Below are positions 9,714 to 18,952 of a stretch of 64,000 nt of DNA, piece after piece (position 1 is the first letter of the stretch; each line of letters opens with the position of its first letter). The stretch lies in NCBI GenBank assembly GCA_002361425.1, contig DESW01000014.1, positions 376 through 64,375 on the forward strand, written 5' to 3'. A program made the translations under genes and the position numbers. The notes beneath the pieces are model-generated. The model was not told the DNA's origin. It did not search any database and saw only the letters and a program-made list of their open reading frames with translations. Source of the stretch: Candidatus Saccharibacteria bacterium UBA3304 (GTDB lineage: Bacteria > Patescibacteriota > Saccharimonadia > Saccharimonadales > Saccharimonadaceae).

Positions 9714-10587
9714 GTTTTTGCTCCTCTAGCATATTAACGATGCGCGGAATGGCATGGTTGGTGCTATCGACGAAACAGCAAACGATGCCCATGCGGCGTA
9801 AGGTTTTGCGAATGCCAACGCGTTGCGCTTCGCGGTATTCTTCCTCGGCCTTTGCAATCTTTTTGTTCTGGCGGAAGAAGCGTGACAAACGCATTTTGCC
9901 ATCGATATCGACGGTGTCGTAATTGGCTAGCAAATTGTTCGTTAATGGTGAATCTTCAACGATGATAAACATAATTTCGTGGCGTGCATGCAACTTACGA
10001 ATCATTTCGGTATCGATCTGGCTTACGCCCTCGGCGTCACTCATGATAATCATAAAGCTGCGCTCGCGGTAAGTCTTGGAAACGTAAGTAAGTAGGGAAT
10101 TGAGATCGCTTGGTTCGGCGTTAAGTGTCATTGACTTGGCATATTTATCGAGGAAGTTCTCAATATAAGCCGTATCCTCCTTTTGCATATAGCGCTTGTT
10201 TTCACCGTGGTTGCCGTAAATCATACCAACGTAGTCGCCATGATGCTGTGCGACGTAAGCCATTACGCCAGCGCAGAAAGTCGCAACTTCCTGTTTGCTC
10301 TCGCCGCTCGGCGCAAGCGTTGCCATCGTATTGCCGTTATCAGCTACGAGCAAAATATTATGTTTGCGGACAGCGATGTAACGACGAATCATAATTGTGC
10401 GTGAACGTGCGGTTGCCTTCCAGTCGATATCCTTCACATCATCGCCGTAGTTATATTCGCGAAGGTCATCAAAATCCAAGCTACGTCCTTTAAAGACGGA
10501 GCCGTAATTACCGGTCAAAACATTTCTGACGCGGCGCTGCGCAAAGATATCCATTTTCTTGCGCACTTTTACGAGATAGCTTGGCAT
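9700..10587 (-). CDS. DUF58 domain protein
   Basis: GRSLDFDDLREYNYGDDVKDIDWKATAR signature. Confidence 0.92.
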   Translation of the reverse strand: MPSYLVKVRKKMDIFAQRRVRNVLTGNYGSVFKGRSLDFDDLREYNYGDDVKDIDWKATARSRTIMIRRYIAVRKHNILLVADNGNTMATLAPSGESKQEVATFCAGVMAYVAQHHGDYVGMIYGNHGENKRYMQKEDTAYIENFLDKYAKSMTLNAEPSDLNSLLTYVSKTYRERSFMIIMSDAEGVSQIDTEMIRKLHARHEIMFIIVEDSPLTNNLLANYDTVDIDGKMRLSRFFRQNKKIAKAEEEYREAQRVGIRKTLRRMGIVCCFVDSTNHAIPRIVNMLEEQKHVRR

Positions 10588-10608
10588 TTTTCTTTTAGTT
10601 TTCCTTTA

Positions 10609-11607
10609 CTATGGTGTCTGAATCTTTGCAAAAATTGCATCAATGATTGCTTCTGGATGAACGTCATCAGCAGCTGCTTCGAAGTTGAGGATAATGCGGT
10701 GGCGAAGAGCGGCATGGCGAAGCTGCTTAACATCGTCTGGTGTTACATAGCCGCGGCCATTGATGAGCGCGAGTGCTTGTGCAATCTGAAGAAGAGCGAT
10801 GCCGCCACGTGGGCTGACGCCGTATTCGACGTAGCGAGCGAGATTTGCATCGATGATTGCGCGTGGGTTACGGGTTGCGGTAACGATGTTTACGATGTAA
10901 TTCTTGATCGAATCGTCAACTGCGACCTGCTTTGCGTAAGCCTGAACTTTCTTGATGTCTTCAATTGAGACCTTATCGGCAGCGCTGAGTTCGGCAGTAG
11001 TCTGGCCAGCGATGGTGTAGTTAAGAATCTGCATTTCTTCATCGCGGCTAGGATAATCAACGACCTCTTTCAAGAGGAAGCGGTCGAGCTGAGCTTCTGG
11101 AAGTTCGTAAGTACCTTCCTGTTCGATTGGGTTCTGAGTTGCGAGGACAACAAATGGTTCTGGCATCTTATACATTACGCCACCAACAGAAACCTGGCGT
11201 TCCTGCATGGCCTCAAGCATAGCAGACTGAGTTTTGGCGCTAGAACGGTTAATTTCATCGAGGAGTACGAAATTAGCGTGAACTGGACCAATCTTGGTAT
11301 CAAAATCACCAGAGTTGTAGTTATAAATCTGAGTACCAATAATATCGCTTGGGAGCAAATCTGGCGTACACTGAATGCGGCTAAAGCTACCGCTTGATGC
11401 TTCAGCGATTGTCTTTGCGGCGAGGGTCTTTGCGAGACCTGGTACGGATTCGAGCAAGACGTGACCACCTGCAATCAATGCGACTTCCATCGCGAGCTTA
11501 AGCTCTTCCTGGCCTACAACTTTTTTGCTGTAAGCTGCGCTGAGCTTATTAATAATTCCTTTTGCTTCGTTGAGCGCTGCATCGCTCAGAGTGTTGCCTT
11601 GGTTCAT
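10609..11607 (-). CDS. moxR: MoxR family AAA+ ATPase
   Basis: HVLLESVPGLAKT, RIQCTPDLLPSD, LLDEINR, ATQNPIEQEGTYELPEAQLDRF and GVSPRG motifs. Confidence 0.95.
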   Translation of the reverse strand: MNQGNTLSDAALNEAKGIINKLSAAYSKKVVGQEELKLAMEVALIAGGHVLLESVPGLAKTLAAKTIAEASSGSFSRIQCTPDLLPSDIIGTQIYNYNSGDFDTKIGPVHANFVLLDEINRSSAKTQSAMLEAMQERQVSVGGVMYKMPEPFVVLATQNPIEQEGTYELPEAQLDRFLLKEVVDYPSRDEEMQILNYTIAGQTTAELSAADKVSIEDIKKVQAYAKQVAVDDSIKNYIVNIVTATRNPRAIIDANLARYVEYGVSPRGGIALLQIAQALALINGRGYVTPDDVKQLRHAALRHRIILNFEAAADDVHPEAIIDAIFAKIQTP

Positions 11608-11620
11608 TTTTTCTCCTCTC

Positions 11621-12280
11621 TTATGCCCAATACAAACTTATGTTATTTGCCATATTAATTTTGTCGTCTTCGGAATAATTGTCTGGTTGATCGAAGTAGT
11701 GGGAATCTTCGAAGAAGTTATTCTGAAGCACATCCATGTACGTCACGCCATCGGTATCAATCAGGAATTTGTCGGAAACGGCTGACGTGATATTTCCGAC
11801 TACGCCAGTAATTACGGTAGGAGTATAAGATTTCAAGATATTTAGTGCGACCTGAATCTGGAATGAGGTCTGTAAAACGTCGGCGAAGAGTAGGACGTTG
11901 CGGTTGTTGAATGCTGCCAAATCAAAGTAAGGGTTCGGGTCGCGTTCGCCGTTAATTTCAGAGAAAGCTTCGCGTTTACGCTCCTCAATAATACTCATAA
12001 AGTCGCTGGCGATGTACTCGTATTCTGACTGAGAGATATCCGGATTCAAAACGAATTCGCCCTTCGGCGTAATAGCACCAAGGTTGCGGGTAATATCGAA
12101 TGGATCGGCGATCTCAGCATACTGTAAGACATAGATATAAGCGTGAAGATGTGCGGCAAGCTCAATGCAGGAAAGCAAGGAACTTTTCTTGAGGCAGAAA
12201 ATAATCGACTCATTGTTCTTGTACTGAGTCAATCGCATTGCCAGCTGATCACCTAATGCCTGACGGCTAGGATAGAACAC
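11621..12280 (-). CDS. Phosphoribosyltransferase-like protein with degenerate PRPP loop
   Basis: MFYPSRQALGDQLA N-terminus and VLLFADVLQTS in place of V(I/L)LVDDGxATG; GTG start with GGAGG SD. Confidence 0.6.
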   Translation of the reverse strand: MFYPSRQALGDQLAMRLTQYKNNESIIFCLKKSSLLSCIELAAHLHAYIYVLQYAEIADPFDITRNLGAITPKGEFVLNPDISQSEYEYIASDFMSIIEERKREAFSEINGERDPNPYFDLAAFNNRNVLLFADVLQTSFQIQVALNILKSYTPTVITGVVGNITSAVSDKFLIDTDGVTYMDVLQNNFFEDSHYFDQPDNYSEDDKINMANNISLYWA

Positions 12281-12340
12281 ACCACCTCCACTAAATTACA
12301 CTTATGTATATTTTAGCACGCCAAACACGCTTATGAATAC

Positions 12341-12369
12341 TTGACTTTTTTCGCAAAGTGTGCTATAAT
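12341..12369 (+). promoter_or_regulatory. Sigma70-type promoter
   Basis: TTGACT-17 nt-TATAAT with extended TG. Confidence 0.85.
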
Positions 12370-12433
12370 GATTGTCATGAAGCATTGAGTTGGAGCGCTT
12401 AGAGCTCCCTGGCACTTTTCAAAGGAGGGTATT

Positions 12434-12931
12434 ATGAAGAAGATAATATCTATAGTTACACTACTCGTTGTCGTTTTATTGGCTATGCCTGCAAACATCG
12501 CATATGCTTGTGAATGTGGCTGCAATTGCAACAAGGGCACAACGACAACCGTTGCTACGTCTACCGTCGAAAAGACAAAGAAGGTTACGCAGCTCGAGAA
12601 AAAGACCAAGGCTCTCTTAAAGCCTGAAAAGTCGTACGGTAAGAAGTACGGCTGGGATTGCACAACAAAGGTTACGAAGAAGACCTCGAAAAAACTCTAT
12701 ACAAGAGTCGTTTTCCATAATGATAGTACTCGGATGAGTCTCAATGTGACAATCCGTGCTACTAAGTCTAAGTCCGGCAAAGTAACCGCTGCATGGTGGT
12801 TTAAGGACAAGGAAGACGGTAAATGGAAAAAAACTACACCGGAAGGTGTGGAAAGAGTTTTGAAGCAGTATGGCAAGAAGGTAAAGACAAAGTCTACGCC
12901 CGTAAAAGACGATATACCTGTAGTTCCGTAA
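12434..12931 (+). CDS. Secreted Lys/Thr-rich hypothetical protein with a Cys-rich N-terminus
   Basis: Signal peptide (AYA cleavage), CECGCNC, AGGAGG SD, own promoter and terminator. Confidence 0.75.
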   Translation: MKKIISIVTLLVVVLLAMPANIAYACECGCNCNKGTTTTVATSTVEKTKKVTQLEKKTKALLKPEKSYGKKYGWDCTTKVTKKTSKKLYTRVVFHNDSTRMSLNVTIRATKSKSGKVTAAWWFKDKEDGKWKKTTPEGVERVLKQYGKKVKTKSTPVKDDIPVVP

Positions 12932-12940
12932 TGTTCCCGT

Positions 12941-12967
12941 GGCACCGCGAAAGCGGTGCTTTTTTCT
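12941..12967. terminator. Intrinsic terminator
   Basis: gcaccgc-gaaa-gcggtgc followed by a T tract, between convergent genes. Confidence 0.8.
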
Positions 12968-12976
12968 TTGAAGGAA

Positions 12977-14002
12977 TTAGACGATAATGCCGCCGCCGAT
13001 ACAGACGTCGCCGCGGTAAAATACGACGGACTGGCCTGGCGTGAGGGATTTTTGTTCTTCAGCAAAAGTAAGTAAGCCAGTCTCTGCGTCATAGTCAGCA
13101 GAAACTAATGGTGCGCGGTGACGAATGCGAGCCTCGATATTATGACCATCGTCGCCGCCACGGAGCACTACGTCCTTCAAAGTGATTTCTTTTTTCCAGA
13201 GTGAAAGGGCATTAAGATTGCGCGAAACATAGACGATATTTGCTTGAATATCTTTGCGGACAACATAGTATGGCAAACCGTCTTTGAGGTTTAAGCCATG
13301 GCGCTGGCCGAGCGTGTAATAGATTGCGCCGTCATGTGTGCCGACAACTTTGTCAGTCTCGAGCTCGCGGATCTCGCCCGGTTTTGTGTCGATAAACTCG
13401 CCCAAAAAGTCGCGCATATTTGCTTCGCCTACGAAACAGACGCCCATCGATTCTGGCTTATGTGCTACGGCAAGACCAATTTTCTCGGCGAGGGCTTTGA
13501 CTTCTGGCTTTAGCATGTCGCCAACGGGGAAAATCGTGCGCTCAATTACATCTTCCGTAATGCGATAGAGGAAGTAAGTCTGATCTTTATTCTCGTCGCG
13601 CGCCTTTAGGAGCTGGCGGCCGGCGCAGCGAGCGTAGTGGCCGGTTGCAATTGCTTCGGCGCCTTGCTCGAATGCAGTCTCAGCGAAGAGTTTAAACTTA
13701 ATCTCCTGGTTGCACATAATATCAGGGTTTGGCGTGTTGCCTTTCTGATATTCGGCAAGCATATAATCAACGACTTTCTGCTTATATTCAGTTTCAAAAT
13801 CGAATACGCGGAAATCGATGCCGAGCTTCACGGCGACGCGCTTGGCGTCCGCGAGATCTTCGGCCCAAGGGCACTTCATGCCTGGAAGATTTTTGCTCCA
13901 GTTCTTCATGTAGACGCCGACGACTTCGTGACCTTGCTGCTGCAAAAGATAGGCACTAACCGCCGAATCTACGCCGCCGGACATGCCTAGGAATACTTTC
14001 AT
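12977..14002 (-). CDS. mnmA: tRNA 2-thiouridine(34) synthase
   Basis: GMSGGVDS, TPNPDIMCN, ATGHYA, KDQTYFL, ESMGVCF and TPGQ motifs. Confidence 0.96.
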   Translation of the reverse strand: MKVFLGMSGGVDSAVSAYLLQQQGHEVVGVYMKNWSKNLPGMKCPWAEDLADAKRVAVKLGIDFRVFDFETEYKQKVVDYMLAEYQKGNTPNPDIMCNQEIKFKLFAETAFEQGAEAIATGHYARCAGRQLLKARDENKDQTYFLYRITEDVIERTIFPVGDMLKPEVKALAEKIGLAVAHKPESMGVCFVGEANMRDFLGEFIDTKPGEIRELETDKVVGTHDGAIYYTLGQRHGLNLKDGLPYYVVRKDIQANIVYVSRNLNALSLWKKEITLKDVVLRGGDDGHNIEARIRHRAPLVSADYDAETGLLTFAEEQKSLTPGQSVVFYRGDVCIGGGIIV

Positions 14003-14568
14003 ATGGATAAATTGAATCTTATTAATTCGTCGATTGAGATGATTTTTCTATCCCTTTTTTCGATATCGCATTTTGCCTGCAATAAAGGATAAAAGTGAAA
14101 GCCCTCGGTTAGTTTAAGCTGTTTGCAATCTTCTTTCCAGGAGCTCCATCTATACGGTTCGTAGAAAATATTGACGGCTTCCGGCTTATTGAGTAGCCAG
14201 TCCAGGAATTGCGTATAATAAACTCCCATGTTTTCCCAAGCGTTAGTGTCAGGGGCAAAATAATAGACTACGCCATCTTTTAGGCCGAAAAGACCGCCGA
14301 GAATGTCTTCGCCGATTAATATGTCGACGAGATTCGACTTATTGTAGGCCTCGTTCTTTTCGACGACGTTTAACTGGCCGCAGCCATAGAGTCTAATCCA
14401 GTTGTCAATGACGATTCCGCCGCACCTGGTGAATTGTTCGTAGAAAAAATTGCCCTGATATTGGCTGAATTTGGCCTCAAAATCAGAAACGACCGATGCG
14501 TCGACATCTTCTATTAAAGCAATATTATCTCTGTTTTTGATATCTTGGAAGAATAAATCCGTTTTCAT
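13999..14568 (-). CDS. DUF2625-like protein
   Basis: GGIVIDNWIRLYG, EDILGGLF, VYYFAPDTNAWE and FHFYP motifs. Confidence 0.7.
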   Translation of the reverse strand: MKTDLFFQDIKNRDNIALIEDVDASVVSDFEAKFSQYQGNFFYEQFTRCGGIVIDNWIRLYGCGQLNVVEKNEAYNKSNLVDILIGEDILGGLFGLKDGVVYYFAPDTNAWENMGVYYTQFLDWLLNKPEAVNIFYEPYRWSSWKEDCKQLKLTEGFHFYPLLQAKCDIEKRDRKIISIDELIRFNLSI

Positions 14569-14641
14569 CTTGGCAATATTATATAATATTTTTTCCGTCT
14601 TTACTAGGTGGCTAGCGTAACAGATAAAAATATGTTAAAAT

Positions 14642-15808
14642 ATGAGTATGTTTGTTGATACGGCGAAAGTTTATATTAAAGCCGGCAAGGGTGGCAACGG
14701 AGCTATCTCTTTCCGACACGAAATCTACATCCCTAAAGGCGGCCCAGATGGTGGCGACGGCGGCAAAGGCGGTGATGTGGTTTTTGTGGCAAGTAAAGAC
14801 TGCGACACTTTGATTGATTTTCGCTTCCAACCAAAACTTATTGCCGAGGATGGCAAAGCTGGTTCTGGTCAGAAATCCAGCGGCAAATCCGGCAAAGACC
14901 TCGAAGTCGAGGTTCCAATCGGTACTGTCGTAAAACGTGACGGCGAGATTGTCGCTGACCTTACTTTTGATGGCGATCGTCAAATCGTTGCTCATGGTGG
15001 CGACGGCGGTTACGGCAACTGGCACTTCCGCAGTTCTACTCGCCAGACGCCAAAAATTGCCGAGCTCGGTAACCCAGGTGAAAGCTTTGATGCTGAACTT
15101 GAGCTCAAACTTCTCGCAGATGTCGGTCTCGTCGGTTTCCCAAATGCCGGCAAGTCGACTTTCCTTTCCGTTGTTTCTAACGCAACTCCAGAAATCGCCG
15201 ATTATCCATTCACGACCATTACCCCAAATCTTGGCGTCGCGAAAGTCGACGATCATGCAATTCTCATTGCAGATATTCCAGGTCTTATCGAAGGCGCTTC
15301 TGACGGCAAGGGTCTCGGCGACCGCTTCCTTCGCCACGTTGAGCGCACTAAGGTTCTCTTGCATCTCGTCGATGTTTATTCCGAAGATGCTGGCAAAGCT
15401 TACAAAGACATTCGTGCTGAGCTCGAAAAATATTCAACCGAACTCGCTAGTCGTCCAGAAATCGTTGCGCTTACTAAGTGTGAAGGTCTCGACGAAGAAC
15501 TTATTAAAATGCAAATGCAAGCTATCCTCGAGCAGAATCCTGACGCTAAAGTTATGGCAATTTCTAGCTCTGCTCATCAGGGCCTTACCGAAGTTCTTCG
15601 CGAACTCTGGCAGGTTATTGAAACTAGCCGCAAGGCTGAAGAGCCGGTCGAAGAAGAGACTGAAGAAGGGGAAGATATTCCAGTTATTACGCTCGACGTC
15701 AAAGAGCAAAAGCATCGCGCTCATCACCAGAAATATCAGCTTGGCGATCGTGGCTCTATCCATGAACTCGAAGCCGGCGAATATGTCGACGACGACCTTG
15801 ACGAATAG
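14642..15808 (+). CDS. obgE: Obg family GTPase
   Basis: GGPDGGDGGKGG Obg fold, GFPNAGKST, YPFTT, DIPGLIEG and TKCE motifs. Confidence 0.96.
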   Translation: MSMFVDTAKVYIKAGKGGNGAISFRHEIYIPKGGPDGGDGGKGGDVVFVASKDCDTLIDFRFQPKLIAEDGKAGSGQKSSGKSGKDLEVEVPIGTVVKRDGEIVADLTFDGDRQIVAHGGDGGYGNWHFRSSTRQTPKIAELGNPGESFDAELELKLLADVGLVGFPNAGKSTFLSVVSNATPEIADYPFTTITPNLGVAKVDDHAILIADIPGLIEGASDGKGLGDRFLRHVERTKVLLHLVDVYSEDAGKAYKDIRAELEKYSTELASRPEIVALTKCEGLDEELIKMQMQAILEQNPDAKVMAISSSAHQGLTEVLRELWQVIETSRKAEEPVEEETEEGEDIPVITLDVKEQKHRAHHQKYQLGDRGSIHELEAGEYVDDDLDE

Positions 15809-15831
15809 TCTCGCTTATGCTAATGTAAATA

Positions 15832-15992
15832 CAAGCTGGTACGCTCTGCGGGGTTCCACTGAAAAAATGTGGACAGTGTGGAGACTAGATACAAAAATAA
15901 AAACAGCGGATTAAAACAAACATTTGCTTGTGCCCCTGGGTGGGCGCGTAGCAGCTTGAAAAATACTCCTCGAAAGAGGAGCATTTTTTTAT
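15832..15992 (+). ncRNA. Candidate small RNA of unknown family
   Basis: TTGACG-17-TAATGT promoter at 15798-15826; closing stem caagctg-tacgc / gcgta-cagcttg; terminator ctcctcgaaagaggag plus T7. Confidence 0.5.
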
Positions 15993-16580
15993 CTAGAAGT
16001 GGACGATTAGTAGACCGCCAGCGCGGATTTGGCGTGGCTCGTCTAGCGTCCAGTCGATAATCGTACTCGGAAGGCTGCCGCCGGATTTGCCACGAACAAT
16101 GCCATCGATGCTCTTAATGCGGTCTTGAACCTCGCGCGAGCTGCGACAAGGCGCTTCGCCGCGTGGGTTTGCGCTCGTAACGAGCAATGGGCCGGTTTCG
16201 CGAAGAAGAGAAAGCATATAATCGTTAGCCGGAATGCGAATGCCGATCGTGCCGAAGTTATTGAAATAAACGTGCTCGAAATCTGGGTTTTTCTCGAGTA
16301 CTAATGTTAGTTCGCCAGGGAAGTAGCGGTTGGCAATCGCCATGCGACGACGGTCGATTCTGGCGTAGCGTGGGATATCTCTAACGCTAGGCACCATCAA
16401 AGTAAGAATTTTACCGCTATCAATTGGGCGGTCTTTGAGAGTAAGTAATTTAAGAATTGCAGGTTCATTATCCAGACGGACGGCGAGGCCATAAACGGTC
16501 TCGGTTGGAACAGCCAAAATAGCGCCTTTTTTCAAGGCGTTAGCGGCAGCAGAAATATCCTTCTGTGAAATTAACCTCAT
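15993..16580 (-). CDS. tsaC: L-threonylcarbamoyladenylate synthase (YrdC/TsaC/Sua5 family, short form)
   Basis: PTETVYGL, KDRP, PGELTLV, IGIRIP, TSAN and PSTIID motifs. Confidence 0.92.
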   Translation of the reverse strand: MRLISQKDISAAANALKKGAILAVPTETVYGLAVRLDNEPAILKLLTLKDRPIDSGKILTLMVPSVRDIPRYARIDRRRMAIANRYFPGELTLVLEKNPDFEHVYFNNFGTIGIRIPANDYMLSLLRETGPLLVTSANPRGEAPCRSSREVQDRIKSIDGIVRGKSGGSLPSTIIDWTLDEPRQIRAGGLLIVHF

Positions 16581-16656
16581 AACTCTATAATTATAGCACA
16601 GATTGGCTCAAAAGTCAAGATAAGGATGCTGATATAACAGATGATATAATATGCTT

Positions 16657-18240
16657 ATGGATAAAAAGAAACTTCATTATGATGGCCCAGTAGTTCTCGT
16701 CGTCCTCGACGGCGTCGGTATTCGCGAGAACTCCAGTTTTAACGCGGTCAAAAAAGCACATCTTGAAAACTATAATCACTACATCGACGACTATCCTTGC
16801 GCAGCAATCAATGCTAGCGGTAAGTGGGTAGGCATTCCTGACGGCGATATGGGCAACAGTGAAGTTGGTCATAACGCGATGGGTGCCGGCGAGATCGTTC
16901 TTCAGCGCAGTGCTGCCGTTGAGCAGGCAATTATGGACGGTAAAGCCTTTACTGAGCCAGTTTGGCAGGACACCGTTAAGCGTGTTATCGATAATAATTC
17001 GACCCTACATTTCATGGGCATCTTCAGTGATGGTAACGTTCATTCCAATATTGCTCACCTCGAGAAAATGCTCGAGCAGGCCCATAAAGACGGCGTTAAG
17101 CGCGTACGCATTCATGCACTTATCGATGGTCGTGACGTGCCGCCTCAGAGTGAGCCAAAATACATTCAGCGCATCGAAAAATTTGTCGTAAAACTCGGTA
17201 GCCCAGACTATAAAATCGCCAGTGGCGGCGGCCGCATGGTCATTACTTGCGATCGCTACAATAACGATTGGGGCATGGTTGAAAAAGGTTGGCATACGCA
17301 CGTTCTCGGCGAAGGTCGTCAGTTTGCTAGCGCAACCGAAGCAGTTGAAACTTTTCGCAAGGAAGAGCCAGGCCTTCAGGATCAGTACATGCCTGCCTTC
17401 GTCGTCGCCGAAGATGGCAAGGCTATCGGCACGATTAACGATGGCGATGCTGTTGTTTACATCGATTTCCGTGCTGACCGCGCTATCGAAATTGCCCGCG
17501 CCTTCACTTATGATGACTTCTCGTATTTCGATCGCATTCGCCGCCCAGACGTTCGCTTTGTTGGTATGACCGAGTATGACGAGGATATTCACGTTCCGCA
17601 GTATACTCTCGTCCAGACGCCAGTCTTCAAGCATTCGCTTACTAAGCATCTCGCTGCGGCCGGTATCCGTCAGTATGCAATTTCCGAGACGGTTAAATTC
17701 GGTCACATTACTTACTACTTCAATGGCAACTCTTATGATGTCCCAGCCGGCGAGGTCGAGGAAGAGGTTCCTTCCTACAAGGAGCCGTTCAATACGCGCC
17801 CATGGATGAAGTCCGCTGAAATTACCGATAAGCTTGTCGCTGCAATTGAGAGCGGCAATTATGACTTCCTTCGCGTGAACTATCCTGGTGGTGATATGGT
17901 CGGCCACTTTGGCGAACTCGAGCCAACGATTATCGCAATGGAATCCATCGACGTCTGCCTCAAGCGTATCGTTGACGCCGTGAATAAACTTGGCGGTATT
18001 ACGATTATTACTGCCGACCACGGTAACGCCGAGGAGCTCATTGATGAGCAGGGTAATCCGAAGACTTCGCATACGACTAATAAGATTCCATTTGCGCTCG
18101 TTGATGACACGGACAACAAAGCGCTTTACAGGGTAAAGAAGGGTGAATTTGGTCTCGCTAACGTTGCTTCGACTGTCGCTGATTTGCTCGGTGTCGAGCC
18201 TGACGAAGCTTGGCTCCCATCGATTATTGAGGTAAAATAA
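16657..18240 (+). CDS. gpmI: 2,3-bisphosphoglycerate-independent phosphoglycerate mutase
   Basis: LDGVG, MGNSEVGH, DGRDV, FRADRA, DMVGH and TADHGN motifs. Confidence 0.96.
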   Translation: MDKKKLHYDGPVVLVVLDGVGIRENSSFNAVKKAHLENYNHYIDDYPCAAINASGKWVGIPDGDMGNSEVGHNAMGAGEIVLQRSAAVEQAIMDGKAFTEPVWQDTVKRVIDNNSTLHFMGIFSDGNVHSNIAHLEKMLEQAHKDGVKRVRIHALIDGRDVPPQSEPKYIQRIEKFVVKLGSPDYKIASGGGRMVITCDRYNNDWGMVEKGWHTHVLGEGRQFASATEAVETFRKEEPGLQDQYMPAFVVAEDGKAIGTINDGDAVVYIDFRADRAIEIARAFTYDDFSYFDRIRRPDVRFVGMTEYDEDIHVPQYTLVQTPVFKHSLTKHLAAAGIRQYAISETVKFGHITYYFNGNSYDVPAGEVEEEVPSYKEPFNTRPWMKSAEITDKLVAAIESGNYDFLRVNYPGGDMVGHFGELEPTIIAMESIDVCLKRIVDAVNKLGGITIITADHGNAEELIDEQGNPKTSHTTNKIPFALVDDTDNKALYRVKKGEFGLANVASTVADLLGVEPDEAWLPSIIEVK

Positions 18241-18244
18241 AACC

Positions 18245-18940
18245 ATGAACACTTTGGGTATGGTCATCGCTGCAAACGTATTCGCAACTATTGCGATTCT
18301 TTGCGGACTTAAGTTATTCGATCTCGGTAGTTCTCTTGCCGATCCGATTCGCAAATATGGTCCAATTCTTGGCACCGTTTTCGCTGTCGTCGCTATCTTT
18401 AACTTCCTACTCAAAGACACGCTTGATTTAACTGACGGCAACTATACGCTCTGGATGGTTGTCGTTAGTATGATAGGTTTTGCTTTCTATGACTTCATGG
18501 TCAACTTCGCGAAGCGTGGCCTGCTAGAGCCAAAAAGTAAAGAATCTCGCAAACGTGGTCGCGTCTCAAAAATGTCAGTTACTGCAGTCGCTTTACTGGA
18601 TATTCTTTCGGGTGCAATCTTCGGTGCCGCTGCCGGTATTAGCTTTACGCTCAACTTCGGTACTGGTATCGTCACGCTTTGTTCGCTCATTCTGCTTCAG
18701 ATCGTTATGAAAGTTGCCGTTATTCGTCGTTATCAGGATGCGCGCTTCACGCGCAAAGAAAACATTACAGTACTCGTTTTATCGCTTGCGACTTCGCCAA
18801 TTGTTGCATCGCTCGTCAATCTATGGGCGCGCGACCGCTACCGTCATGTTGGCATTTTTATGGCGCTTGCCATTGGCTATCTAGCCTACCTCGGTATCTA
18901 TCAGGTGGTGCTTATTGTCAAAAAGCTCCAAAACAGATAA
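18245..18940 (+). CDS. Membrane protein with ZIP-transporter-like topology lacking metal ligands
   Basis: Multiple TM segments; GISFTLNFGTG...LLQIVMK...ALAIGYLAYL aligns by eye with ZIP TM4-TM8. Confidence 0.5.
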   Translation: MNTLGMVIAANVFATIAILCGLKLFDLGSSLADPIRKYGPILGTVFAVVAIFNFLLKDTLDLTDGNYTLWMVVVSMIGFAFYDFMVNFAKRGLLEPKSKESRKRGRVSKMSVTAVALLDILSGAIFGAAAGISFTLNFGTGIVTLCSLILLQIVMKVAVIRRYQDARFTRKENITVLVLSLATSPIVASLVNLWARDRYRHVGIFMALAIGYLAYLGIYQVVLIVKKLQNR

Positions 18941-18952
18941 AATAAGCTTATT

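Noticed and set aside
15869..15935. tmRNA-tag-like peptide KNKNSGLKQTFACA
   Set aside because: No stop after it, no tRNA-like acceptor or T-arm, and the region is too short for tmRNA.
17005..18441. 478-aa antisense ORF over gpmI
   Set aside because: Shadow ORF of a codon-biased housekeeping gene; no motifs or start signals.
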